From: Candidatus Micrarchaeota archaeon
GTDB taxonomy: Archaea; Micrarchaeota; Micrarchaeia; Micrarchaeales; CABMGC01
Length of the DNA stretch: 64,000 nucleotides
Assembly (NCBI GenBank): GCA_021850805.1
Contig: JAJZKO010000002.1
Coordinates: forward strand, 39,520-103,519
Reading direction: 5' to 3'
How positions within the stretch are numbered: position 1 is the first letter of the stretch; each line of letters starts with the position of its first letter. Under the pieces are notes generated by a model, which saw nothing but the letters and a program-made list of their open reading frames with translations, was not told the DNA's origin and ran no database searches. This document shows positions 54,680 through 63,503 of this stretch, piece after piece. The translations under genes were made by a program, and so were the position numbers.

Positions 54680-54967
54680 ATGGGGGCAGAAGAGGAAAGA
54701 CGAACAAGACGCAGAGAGACAAGGAGAAATGCAAGGGAAGCCGTAGACGAAGCGCGTCTGCAGGAGGTTCTCAAGGCAGCAGGAGCAAGGAGAGTGAACC
54801 CCGAAGCCGCACGTGCGTTGCGCGCAGTTACTGAGGAGGAAGCCGCAAGGCTTGCCGAAGAAGCAGTTGCTGTTGCTGAGGAAAGGGAAGAAGCGCAGGA
54901 AGTGCAGGCACAGCACGTTGCAGTAGCAGCAGCGAGGTTGAGGCAGCGGGCAAGGGAGGAAAGGTAA
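54680..54967 (+). CDS. histone-fold protein with Arg-rich N-terminal tail (atypical archaeal histone candidate)
   Basis: 95 aa. GGTGA lies 4 nt upstream of the ATG. The core LKAAGARRVNPEAARALRAVTEEEAARLAEEAVAVA...VQAQHVAVAAARL aligns position by position with the archaeal histone pattern KDAGAERVSDDA...L...EE....IA.EA...A....RKTI.AEDI.LA. The N-terminus is EEERRTRRRETRRNAR. Confidence 0.5.
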   Translation: MGAEEERRTRRRETRRNAREAVDEARLQEVLKAAGARRVNPEAARALRAVTEEEAARLAEEAVAVAEEREEAQEVQAQHVAVAAARLRQRAREER

Positions 54968-55081
54968 AAACCATCGTAAGTAAAGATTTGGGGGCGACCC
55001 CACTTTCATTATTTCCTATTATACGATAGTACACAACCTAATTGCAGGCATAAATTACTCACCACCAGCCCATGGAACAGT

Positions 55082-55855
55082 TCAGTATCCGCGTATCCCA
55101 GCAGCCACAAGCGCTTCCTTTTCCGCGAATGATATTGAGGCAGGCACAATTATGCAGAGTGCCTTTCCTGCAAGTCTGCTGCCGTCGTAAATCCTCATCT
55201 CATCAAGAGTGGCAGAGAACCTTACCGCACTATCCTTTCCGGCATCGGCCATTACTATGAACCTAATAGTCTCCAGCCTATTCCCACCGGACGCCTTGAT
55301 TGCATTCCCAAGTATCTCCGCAGCTTCTGCAAGCGTCATCGGGGTCCCTGGTTTGCGTATGTCAAGCAGAAGTAGCGTATGCTCTCCATTCTCAAGATTC
55401 CTCTCCACGTTCTTCAGGAAAGATATCGGCCTATAATTCTCCGACCAGAAGGGCAGGGTAACCGTAGGTCCGAACCTGTAGAAATCGAGGCCGCTCTCCC
55501 CTATCGCAGCAGAAAATACAGATGAAGAATGAAGAACGACAGTTTCTATCCCATGCCTCTGCGCTTCTGCGATTATTATCTTATGTGTCGTGGCTATAAG
55601 CGGATCCCCTCCTACGAGAATGCCTATGTCGCTGTTCTTGGCAGCCTTAATCGTATCCCACACCCTGTCCTCCAGGGCATTTCTCTCAATAGGCAATATT
55701 GCCTTGCCTAGCATATCGCTTAAGAAGGAGAGGTATTCGCCTGATACAAAAGAAGTATACGAATCAAAATATATGGCACCGCAGCGCTTCAGGTAATCCA
55801 AGGACCTCAGCGAGATATCCCCCTTCTCCAGCCCGAGACCTGCCAGTACGAGCAT
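55082..55855 (-). CDS. dph5: diphthine synthase
   Basis: 257 aa. It is a tetrapyrrole-methylase-fold protein with MLVLAGLGLEKGDISLRSLDYLKRCGAIYFDSYTS and VGGDPLIATTH. Confidence 0.85.
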   Translation of the reverse strand: MLVLAGLGLEKGDISLRSLDYLKRCGAIYFDSYTSFVSGEYLSFLSDMLGKAILPIERNALEDRVWDTIKAAKNSDIGILVGGDPLIATTHKIIIAEAQRHGIETVVLHSSSVFSAAIGESGLDFYRFGPTVTLPFWSENYRPISFLKNVERNLENGEHTLLLLDIRKPGTPMTLAEAAEILGNAIKASGGNRLETIRFIVMADAGKDSAVRFSATLDEMRIYDGSRLAGKALCIIVPASISFAEKEALVAAGIRGY

Positions 55856-55862
55856 CGAAACA

Positions 55863-56813
55863 CTAATCCTTTATGCCGTTGGTCGTAATCTTTATTACCG
55901 CCTCGCCTTCAGGCATATTTGGCGAGTCCACAAGCCTTACTATCCTCTTCTCCTCCTTGCTCTTGCGCATGTATAACCTTGTAGTTGCTGCGTGCGCTAT
56001 TACATTCCCCCCTACCGGTGTTGTCGGATCCCCAAAAAGTATTGCTGGATTGTCCATTACCTGGTTTGTTATGTAAACCGCAAGGCCGTACGTATCTGCA
56101 AGCATCTGCAGCTTGTGGATATGGCTGTTAAGTTTCTGCTGCCTCTCCCCAAGCGCCCCCCTGCCCATGAACTCTGACCTGAAGAGGGCCATCATCGAAT
56201 CCACTACGATAAGCTTTATGTTATTCTCCCTTATCAGTTTGTCGGCCCTTTCTATTGTAAGTATCTGCTGGGAAGTCGTGAGCGCCCTGACGAAATATAT
56301 CCTGCTCAGCGCATCTTTAGGGTCCATTCCCGCAGCCTTGGCTATTGATTCTATCCTCTCCGGCCTGAAGGTTCCTTCGGTATCAAGGAAGAGGATGCTT
56401 CCATCCAGTCCTCCTTTTCCCACGGGAAGCTGCACGTTGACGCATAGCTGGAAACCCAACTGTGTCTTACCAGATGCGAACTTTCCGTAAGCTTCGGTTA
56501 TGGCGCTAGTCTCTACCCCTCCGCCAAGGAGTTCATCCAAAGCCTCAGATCCTGTATTTATCTTTCCAAGGGCCTTCCTCTTTTCGTAGGCATCGTATCC
56601 AGTAGTAAAATCCACAGTGGTGGCCTGCCTAGCCGCCTCCACAGCTTTTTTAGCAGCCTCTGAACTCATGCCTGTAAGCTCTGCAATCTCGTATGGCGAA
56701 GCTGCAGCTATCTTCTCTATATCATCATATCCCTTCTCCTTGAGCTTATCCGCAGTAGCTGGTCCTATTCCTGGCAGGTCCTCAACGCCGTGTATGCCTT
56801 TTTCCTTAGCCAT
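55863..56813 (-). CDS. radA: DNA repair and recombination protein RadA
   Basis: 316 aa. It has an N-terminal HhH (LPGIGPATADKL), Walker A GKFASGKTQ and Walker B LIVVDS. Confidence 0.95.
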   Translation of the reverse strand: MAKEKGIHGVEDLPGIGPATADKLKEKGYDDIEKIAAASPYEIAELTGMSSEAAKKAVEAARQATTVDFTTGYDAYEKRKALGKINTGSEALDELLGGGVETSAITEAYGKFASGKTQLGFQLCVNVQLPVGKGGLDGSILFLDTEGTFRPERIESIAKAAGMDPKDALSRIYFVRALTTSQQILTIERADKLIRENNIKLIVVDSMMALFRSEFMGRGALGERQQKLNSHIHKLQMLADTYGLAVYITNQVMDNPAILFGDPTTPVGGNVIAHAATTRLYMRKSKEEKRIVRLVDSPNMPEGEAVIKITTNGIKD

Positions 56814-56900
56814 AAGAAATCACAAAATTAGCTCCTTAGACGTTATGGCTCTAAAATTATATAAACCTGCGCAGGGAGGCGCCGCCGAAGGCGATATCAT

Positions 56901-57599
56901 TCAATTCCGCTTCAGCTCGAAGATTGCAACATCGTACTCTACACCAGTCCTTCCCTCAGGTGCAAGCTCCGCATTTATCGAAGGAACATAGGCAAGCGGC
57001 GTATCCTGCACCCATGTGAACCTGCTTACCTCCCTCGCACTTCTGCGTGAACCTTCTATTACTTCCCCGATATCAAAGTACTCTCTTGATTCCGTAAACG
57101 GCTCCCTTCCATTTACCAGAATGGTGGTGGTTCTAGATATGGTATCAATCGCAAAGAGCCTCCCGTCCTCTTTCAGGACCCTGCACGCTTCTTTGTACGC
57201 TGCAATACTGTCCCCTATATCGCCTTTTCTGCCCCCGACTCCTGTTCTCTGCAGCTGCGAAAGAATGAGGGAGAGCACTGCCGAATCAAATTGCATGTCC
57301 TGTAACGGAAGTGCAACCGCATTTGCATTAACCGCCTTTGCATGTGTATGGAGCCTTGCTGCGTTGGCAACCGCTTCTTTATTAAGATCAACGAGCGTAC
57401 CACTAAACCCTGCTGGAAGCTCAAATCCATACCCGCACCCGATAACAAGCGCACCACTACCCGCTAAATTTTTATCACGGTAAAATTCCCTAAGTGGCGA
57501 ATAAAGGGTTGCATCCCATCTGGCAGAGTCTCCCATACTTATAAAAGTTCCGGCAAACCTGCCGGCATAACGCTGCACCATATGCCAATCAGCCATCAA
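56901..57599 (-). CDS. class I SAM-dependent methyltransferase
   Basis: 232 aa. It has motif I (ALVIGCGYGFE), followed by LVDLN and FDSAVLSLIL. It overlaps the upstream amidohydrolase gene by 11 nt. Confidence 0.6.
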   Translation of the reverse strand: MMADWHMVQRYAGRFAGTFISMGDSARWDATLYSPLREFYRDKNLAGSGALVIGCGYGFELPAGFSGTLVDLNKEAVANAARLHTHAKAVNANAVALPLQDMQFDSAVLSLILSQLQRTGVGGRKGDIGDSIAAYKEACRVLKEDGRLFAIDTISRTTTILVNGREPFTESREYFDIGEVIEGSRRSAREVSRFTWVQDTPLAYVPSINAELAPEGRTGVEYDVAIFELKRN

Positions 57600-58341
57600 G
57601 CTTCAGGAGCTTCGATATGTTTCCTCCAAGGACCTTCCTCTCGTCAGACCTGGAAAGTCCCGCCTTCTTTATCTTAAGCAGCTCTATCTCCTGATCCGAG
57701 TATGGGGCATCAGAGCCGAATATCACTTTATCAGCCCCTACCACCTTCTTCGTGACATAACCTATTAGGTAATTGCTAGAGAGCACAGAGGTCTCAACAT
57801 ACAGGTTGCGCCGTGCGGCTATCTCACCGAACGCGACATTTGACGCGCCGGCGAAGTGCCCTATTATTATATTCATCCTTGGGAAGAGTGCCGCGAGCTT
57901 GACTATCCTGTCAGGGTCGCTATTCGGGTTGTTCTCCTTTCTCGTATGGAATATTACCGGCTTGCGCGAATCCTCAATCATCTTATACACCCAGAAATAC
58001 TTCTTGTCAAGAGGGTCGAAGTTCTGGCTTCTCGGATGCAGCTTAACTCCCCTGAAAAGCGGCAGGTGCTCCTCCAAAGTATCCTTCGTTATTCTCTTGG
58101 GGTCGAATCTCAGGAAGTTTATGAACCTCCTATCCTTTCCGCATTTGCCAAGGAGCTCAATGCTCTTCTCGAGCACGTTTCCCTTTTCATTGAACGGGAA
58201 GACCACGGCCTTATCTATCTTATTGGCCTTCATGGAGAGCAGGAGCTCCTCCTTGCTCTGCATCGCACCGTCCAGATCTCCGCCTATATGCGTATGGACA
58301 TCAACTATCATGCCAACACTACTGATATCTTCCCTAATCAA
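57589..58341 (-). CDS. metal-dependent amidohydrolase (TIM-barrel, amidohydrolase_2-like)
   Basis: 250 aa. It has the N-terminal VDVHTHIG metal motif, an internal IIGHFAG, and a C-terminal FGSDAPY. Confidence 0.7.
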   Translation of the reverse strand: MIREDISSVGMIVDVHTHIGGDLDGAMQSKEELLLSMKANKIDKAVVFPFNEKGNVLEKSIELLGKCGKDRRFINFLRFDPKRITKDTLEEHLPLFRGVKLHPRSQNFDPLDKKYFWVYKMIEDSRKPVIFHTRKENNPNSDPDRIVKLAALFPRMNIIIGHFAGASNVAFGEIAARRNLYVETSVLSSNYLIGYVTKKVVGADKVIFGSDAPYSDQEIELLKIKKAGLSRSDERKVLGGNISKLLKLDG

Positions 58342-58357
58342 TTTAACTGCTTATGCA

Positions 58358-59776
58358 TCAGCCCCTGAACCTCATGCTCTCGACCAGTGCAGCCCTCACC
58401 TTTGCATCGTCACCTCCAGAGACCTTCACAAGATCGTCGTAAAGCCTGCGTGTCCTAACAGCCGGGTTCTCCATTGCGTCGAGGTTGTCGTATAAAGGTT
58501 TCAGGTAGGAAGGATCCTCGCCGCTCCTCTCAAGCCCGCGCCGTGCAATGTCAAGCATGTCCCTCGCCAGCTCCTCCACAGGCTCCTTCCCTACATGTGC
58601 GCCAAACCCTTCTCTGAGCGCCTCCTCCCTGCCACGCCTGAGCTCTTCTAAAGTATACCTGCTTACACGCTCCTCCGCTTCCACCCTGTTCTCCGCAATA
58701 CCTTTCGTAACCGCAGCTATTGCCATTATCTCCGCAGTGGAACCCTGGAACGCGCATGCACGTGACTCTACAGTGCCGTATGCGCTCTTAGCCCTGGCCT
58801 CATGCCATACTGTTCCTTCGAGGAATGCAAGATCTACATGGTTAAGCTCTACTACAAACGCCCTGTCCCCAAATATCAGCGATACCTCCGCCTGGCCTTC
58901 CGAGAGATGCTCGGCCATGCTCCTGAGCTTGTTGTATGCAACATACTCGCCCTCCCTTTTCGTCAGGAACGGGACAAACCTGGCAATCAGCTCAAAAGCA
59001 CCATCTTCACCAGAAAGCCTTGGAGCTACGCCAACGCGATCGCTCTCGAGCTTTCCCTCCGCTACAATATTGTCCCATGCGACACCCCTGAACTCCAGAT
59101 AGCCGCTCTTTCTACCCTCAACTATTGTGGAATTTGCTGTAAGCGCTATCATCGCAGGCGCAAAGCCGTTCAGGGCATTTATCACTCCGCTTACCTCCCC
59201 CTTACTTACATCTATATGACACTGTGCGGCTGCGGTGAGAGTCATGTTAAGGAGGTTGTCACCCATTACTCTATGCATGTGTGAATACCTCTCCTTAGGC
59301 ATCATGACATCAACTGAAGGAGGGGTAAATGGCTGCACACCCACGCCTAAGAGGTATAAGCCCCTCGCCTCCGCTGCCTCGGATACCATTCCAAGCAGCG
59401 ACCTTACGTACTCTTCGCTCTTTCTGAGCGTAGTGGCAGGCGGTATTGTTATCTCTACAGTCCCCTTGCCCAGATCTGTAGTTACAGTAGCCTTATACCC
59501 GCCGATTTCCTTCTCTACCGCTGTGCACATCTCTCTCTCTGTGCCGTTTACCATAAGTTTTTCCTTGACTAGCGTCCAGGATCCGTCTCTGGCATTCATG
59601 CTCTCAAAGAGGCCAGTTATCTCCCTAAGGCGCGGTGCCATACCGTCAGAAGCCCTTACCAGTATGCCTTCTATCTCCGGCCCTACCTTGCGCACCGCTA
59701 CGTTATCTACGAAGCCGTTCCTATAGGCTTCCTTCATCTTCTCGTAAAGACCTCCGCCTCTCACAACTCGTTCCAT
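58358..59776 (-). CDS. glutamate-cysteine-ligase-family (GCS2/carboxylate-amine ligase) protein
   Basis: It shows the pattern VGPEIEGILV, ERYSHMH, TAAAQCHID, ALTANSTIVEGRKSGYLEFRGVAWD and WHEARAK...VESRACAFQ. The start is taken as ATG 59776. The ORF track extends to TTG at 59818. Confidence 0.65.
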   Translation of the reverse strand: MERVVRGGGLYEKMKEAYRNGFVDNVAVRKVGPEIEGILVRASDGMAPRLREITGLFESMNARDGSWTLVKEKLMVNGTEREMCTAVEKEIGGYKATVTTDLGKGTVEITIPPATTLRKSEEYVRSLLGMVSEAAEARGLYLLGVGVQPFTPPSVDVMMPKERYSHMHRVMGDNLLNMTLTAAAQCHIDVSKGEVSGVINALNGFAPAMIALTANSTIVEGRKSGYLEFRGVAWDNIVAEGKLESDRVGVAPRLSGEDGAFELIARFVPFLTKREGEYVAYNKLRSMAEHLSEGQAEVSLIFGDRAFVVELNHVDLAFLEGTVWHEARAKSAYGTVESRACAFQGSTAEIMAIAAVTKGIAENRVEAEERVSRYTLEELRRGREEALREGFGAHVGKEPVEELARDMLDIARRGLERSGEDPSYLKPLYDNLDAMENPAVRTRRLYDDLVKVSGGDDAKVRAALVESMRFRG

Positions 59777-60003
59777 ATATATTACCAATTCCCTGCGCTC
59801 CCGAAATCCGCTGAGCAAAAAGCATTAAACATACTGCATCTCATACAAAGCACCAAAGCAAAAGAAGGTTTTACCTTGACGCTTACGCCAATATGGCAAA
59901 CAAGCGCATTACTATGGCAGCTATGCTAAATGCGCTGGAAGCAGGAAAAGTGATTGCATCTTCAAATGCCCATTCTGCCATACATCTCTTGCCCTTTCCA
60001 ATC

Positions 60004-60023
60004 TATTTAAATCTTTTCTACAA
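60004..60023 (+). promoter_or_regulatory. promoter-like element TATTTAAATCTTTTCTACAA (copy B)
   Basis: This is an exact 20-nt repeat of 34155-34174. An ATG at 60031 lies at the distance expected for a leaderless transcript. Confidence 0.4.
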
Positions 60024-60312
60024 CGCAAGGATGTTTGCAAAAATAGCGGATTATGAATTAGACGTCTTAAATACAGAGCTGAAACACCGAAGCGCATTAG
60101 AAAAGTATTTATACCTTTACTGCCATAACGATATGGCTATAAGTCGCTATTACAATATTTCTCCTAAAATCTATTGTAGCGGGTGGTCTCTCAGGAGTTG
60201 ATAGCTCTTGTTGAAGGGGTTCAGCATATAACATAAAAATAACGCTTCAAACAACTGTAAAAAACTTGCAAAAATCAAAAGACAAAACTAATGCTTAAAT
60301 ATAGGTGAATTT

Positions 60313-61977
60313 ATGGCAGAAAATCAATTAGGAGGACAACAGTATCTGGTATTGCCGGAAGGCGCGAGCAGGCTAATAGGCAAGGAAGCTCAGAGGACCA
60401 ATATAGCAGTAGGCTATGCGGTAGCAAGTATAGTCCGCTCAACCCTCGGCCCGAAGGGGATGGATAAGATGCTTGTCAGCGAGCTTGGCGACATCGTAAT
60501 AACAAACGACGGCGCAACAATACTCGAGGAGATGAATGTAGAGCATCCGATAGCAAAGATCCTATCCGAAGTGGCAAAGACACAGGACAAGGAAGTAGGA
60601 GACGGCACAACTACTGCGGTAATAATAGCAGGCGACCTTCTCAAGAACGCAGGCAACCTGCTGGATCAGGGAGTGCCTCCTGCATCGATAATAAAGGGAT
60701 ACGAGATGGCAAAGGAGCGCGCGATAGCCGCTCTCAGGGCAATAGCCACTGACATATCCATTGAAGATGACGATAAGCTTGACAAGGTAGCCAGAGTATC
60801 AGTAGGCTCCAAGAACATAGGAAGCGACGCCACAAAGAAGTACCTCACAAAGCTCGCCATACAGGCTGTGAAGCAGGTAGCAACCAAGGAAGGCTCCAAG
60901 TCCCACGTAGACAGGGATTTCATAAAGATAGAGAAGAAGGAGGGCGGAAGCATAGAGGACACGCAGCTGATAAACGGAGTTCTCATAGACAAGGAGATAT
61001 CCCATCCTGGCATGCCAAAGCAGATAAAGAATGCATCAATAGCCCTGTTGGACATAGCTCTTGAGATAGAGAAGACCGAGACAGATGCGAAGATAGAGAT
61101 AACATCCCCGGAGCAGATGCAGGCATTCCTCGAACAGGAGGAGAAGATGCTTAAGGAAATGGTCGAGAAGATAGTGAAGAGCAAGGCCAACGTGATATTC
61201 GTGCAGAAGGGAATAGACGACGTGGCGCAGCACTACCTCTCAAAGAACGGGATAACCGCGGTAAGGAGGGTGAAGAAGAGCGACATGGAGAAGCTCTCAA
61301 AGGCAACAGGCGCACGCCTGGTAACAAGCCTGGACGATCTCTCGCAGGCAGACTTGGGCTTCGCGGGCATGGTCGAGGAGCGCAAGATATCAGGAGAACA
61401 GATGGTCTTCGTGGAGAAGTGCAAGGATCCTAAGAGCGTAACGCTATTCATACGCGGAGGCACAAAGCAGACCGTGGATGAAGTCGAGAGGGCAATTGTG
61501 GACGTAATAGGCGCGCTGATGAGCGCAATAGAGGACGGCAAGTGCGTAACCGGAGGAGGAAGCACCGAAGTCGATGTCGCTATGAGGCTCAGGGACGCAG
61601 CCACGGATGTGGGCGGAAGGGAGCAGCTCGCCATACAGGCATTCGCTGACGCCTTGGAGATAATACCGAAGTCACTCGCTGACAGCGCGGGAATGGATCC
61701 AATAGAGACCCTCGTCCAGCTGAGGAACAAGCATAAGTCAAAGGACGGGAAGAACTTCGGCATAGATGTATTCAAGAATTCCATATCCGATACAGACAAG
61801 CTTGGCATAATAGAGCCGCTGAAGGTAAAGATCCAGGCAATATCAAGTGCTACGGAGGCTTCTGTCTCTATTCTAAGAATAGATGACATGATAAGCTCGA
61901 AGGGCACCAGAGGCATGGGCGGCGGACAGGGCGGAATGCCTGGCGGCCCAGGCGGAATGGGCGGAATGGAGGAGTAA
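60313..61977 (+). CDS. ths: thermosome subunit (group II chaperonin)
   Basis: 554 aa. It contains [17 protein letters not shown] and VGDGTTTAV, and ends in a GGM-type tail [20 protein letters not shown]. Confidence 0.97.
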   Translation: MAENQLGGQQYLVLPEGASRLIGKEAQRTNIAVGYAVASIVRSTLGPKGMDKMLVSELGDIVITNDGATILEEMNVEHPIAKILSEVAKTQDKEVGDGTTTAVIIAGDLLKNAGNLLDQGVPPASIIKGYEMAKERAIAALRAIATDISIEDDDKLDKVARVSVGSKNIGSDATKKYLTKLAIQAVKQVATKEGSKSHVDRDFIKIEKKEGGSIEDTQLINGVLIDKEISHPGMPKQIKNASIALLDIALEIEKTETDAKIEITSPEQMQAFLEQEEKMLKEMVEKIVKSKANVIFVQKGIDDVAQHYLSKNGITAVRRVKKSDMEKLSKATGARLVTSLDDLSQADLGFAGMVEERKISGEQMVFVEKCKDPKSVTLFIRGGTKQTVDEVERAIVDVIGALMSAIEDGKCVTGGGSTEVDVAMRLRDAATDVGGREQLAIQAFADALEIIPKSLADSAGMDPIETLVQLRNKHKSKDGKNFGIDVFKNSISDTDKLGIIEPLKVKIQAISSATEASVSILRIDDMISSKGTRGMGGGQGGMPGGPGGMGGMEE

Positions 61978-62002
61978 TGCCTCTGCACACAGAAGGATAA
62001 GA

Positions 62003-62033
62003 GAGGGCGTCATCGCCCTCATTTGATTTTTTT
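62003..62033 (+). terminator. hairpin plus oligo-T terminator after thermosome gene
   Basis: The hairpin GAGGGCG-TCAT-CGCCCTC is followed by ATTTGATTTTTTT and begins 26 nt after the stop codon. Confidence 0.6.
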
Positions 62034-62103
62034 GCCTTTTCAGGATTTTCTGGCAAAGTAATAAATATGGGATAAAGCATAAACGTATTATACTGCTGTT
62101 TCA

Positions 62104-62670
62104 ATGACCAAGCTTATAATATTCACAGGCACCCCTGGCTCCGGCAAGAGCACTGTCCTCGCAGAGCTTGCAAAGAATGGTGTCAAGGTCGTAAACCTGG
62201 GAAGCGAGATGCTCAAAGTCGCGCAGAGGAAGGGGGTCACTGACAGGGACAAGCTAAGGTACATGAGCGATGATGATATAATAGAGACAAGAGTCGAGGC
62301 CCTCAAAGGCATAATAGAGGCGAAGGAGGACACCATAATAGATACGCATGCTACTGTAAAGCAGGGCAGCAGATATGTGCCGGGGCTCTCGATAACAGAG
62401 CTTACCAATATACGGATAAAAGCCGTGGTCTATATAGATGCGACGTCAAAAGAGGTTCTCAGGCGCAGGCAGAATGACACCACGAGGAAGCGCGAGCAGG
62501 AGACAGAGGGGGACATAGACGAGCAGCGCAGCGTTAATATAGCAATAATATCCGCATTCGCGCTTCATTACAACATACCCATTTACATAATAGACAACAA
62601 GGAGGACAAGGTTGCAGATACTGTAAGCGAGATAAGCAAAATAGTCGCAGAACTATTCTCTGGCGAATAA
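62104..62670 (+). CDS. adkA: archaeal-type adenylate kinase
   Basis: 188 aa. It has the P-loop FTGTPGSGKST. Size and gene order (adk-DUF106-L34e-cmk) are as in archaeal spc-operon tails. Confidence 0.85.
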   Translation: MTKLIIFTGTPGSGKSTVLAELAKNGVKVVNLGSEMLKVAQRKGVTDRDKLRYMSDDDIIETRVEALKGIIEAKEDTIIDTHATVKQGSRYVPGLSITELTNIRIKAVVYIDATSKEVLRRRQNDTTRKREQETEGDIDEQRSVNIAIISAFALHYNIPIYIIDNKEDKVADTVSEISKIVAELFSGE

Positions 62671-62671
62671 T

Positions 62672-63142
62672 ATGGATCCCGCAATAATAATACTGGTGGC
62701 TCTTGCAATAGGCTATGTGGCACTCTCCACGTTCCTCCAGAGGAAACTCGCGAACTCGAAGAGGCTCATAGAGATAGACGCCATAATGAAGAAGAAAATG
62801 GCAGAGCTGAAGGAGCATGCAAAGAACGAGGAGCACGAGCTGATGATGGCGAAGAACAAGGAGCTCGCCGCACTTATGAAGGAGAGCACTACCGCACGGC
62901 TCAAGCCTACATTGGTGATACTGCCAGTTTTCTTTATATTGATATATGTGATACTCCCTGCGCTGATACCATCAAACAGCTTCAGCGTAACGATAATGTC
63001 CTTTAAGTTTACCGCTGAGACCTTCTTCGTTGCCGTAGCCTTTGTCATAGGCTTTCCATCATCAATGGTGATACTTGCAATGGACAGGAAAAAGGCAGCA
63101 AAAATCAACAAAGATAATATAAACCTTAACAAACAAGTATGA
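62672..63142 (+). CDS. DUF106/EMC3-TMCO1-like membrane protein (archaeal Oxa1-superfamily insertase candidate)
   Basis: 156 aa. It consists of a TM helix, then a charged coiled segment (IDAIMKKKMAELKEHAKNEEHELMMAKNKEL), then two TM helices. It occupies the conserved position after adk. Confidence 0.7.
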   Translation: MDPAIIILVALAIGYVALSTFLQRKLANSKRLIEIDAIMKKKMAELKEHAKNEEHELMMAKNKELAALMKESTTARLKPTLVILPVFFILIYVILPALIPSNSFSVTIMSFKFTAETFFVAVAFVIGFPSSMVILAMDRKKAAKINKDNINLNKQV

Positions 63143-63160
63143 TGACATAACGGTGCTCAT

Positions 63161-63487
63161 ATGCCAAAACCTATGCACAGATCAAGAAGTTTTAGGCGCT
63201 TAGACCGCGTAACACCAAAAGGGAAGCACGTAATACATTATGCGCGGAGGCGCGGAAGCCTTCCTAAATGCTCAATATGCAGCAAAGAGCTGAACGGTTT
63301 AAAGACTGATCAGCTAAACAGGCCAAAGACCCAGAAAACAAACGCGAGGATATTCGGTGGAGTCCTCTGTTCAAGATGCACGTCAGAGGTGGTAAAGCTC
63401 GCAAGCCGGATAGAGAATGGGGAGATGAAGCTAAACGATATAAGCATAAGGCAGAGAAACTACATACTCCAGATGACTTCGCACTAG
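63161..63487 (+). CDS. rpl34e: 50S ribosomal protein L34e
   Basis: 108 aa. It begins MPKPMHRSRSFRR and has the zinc motif CSIC...CSRC. Confidence 0.88.
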   Translation: MPKPMHRSRSFRRLDRVTPKGKHVIHYARRRGSLPKCSICSKELNGLKTDQLNRPKTQKTNARIFGGVLCSRCTSEVVKLASRIENGEMKLNDISIRQRNYILQMTSH

Positions 63488-63503
63488 TTTCTGGCGGGTT
63501 CTC

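Noticed and set aside
54644-55009. 121-aa minus-strand ORF opposite the histone-fold candidate
   Set aside because: Its translation is Cys/Phe/Leu/Pro-rich with no RBS, and it is the mirror frame of a GAA/GCA-rich sequence. The plus-strand frame has an RBS and a recognisable fold pattern.
56901-59818. Ergothioneine-type (EgtA-E) pathway
   Set aside because: Only a GCL-like ligase, an amidohydrolase of a different fold from EgtC, and a generic class I methyltransferase are present. No EgtB-like sulfoxide synthase or PLP lyase is present, so the analogy is superficial.
61233-61988. 251-aa minus-strand ORF inside the thermosome gene
   Set aside because: It is antisense to an unambiguous group II chaperonin gene, and its composition is low complexity. 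The same reasoning applies to other long antisense ORFs, for example 57773-58495, 58548-59102, 44780-45499, 12342-12797, 48149-48775, 53664-54284 and 41256-41792.
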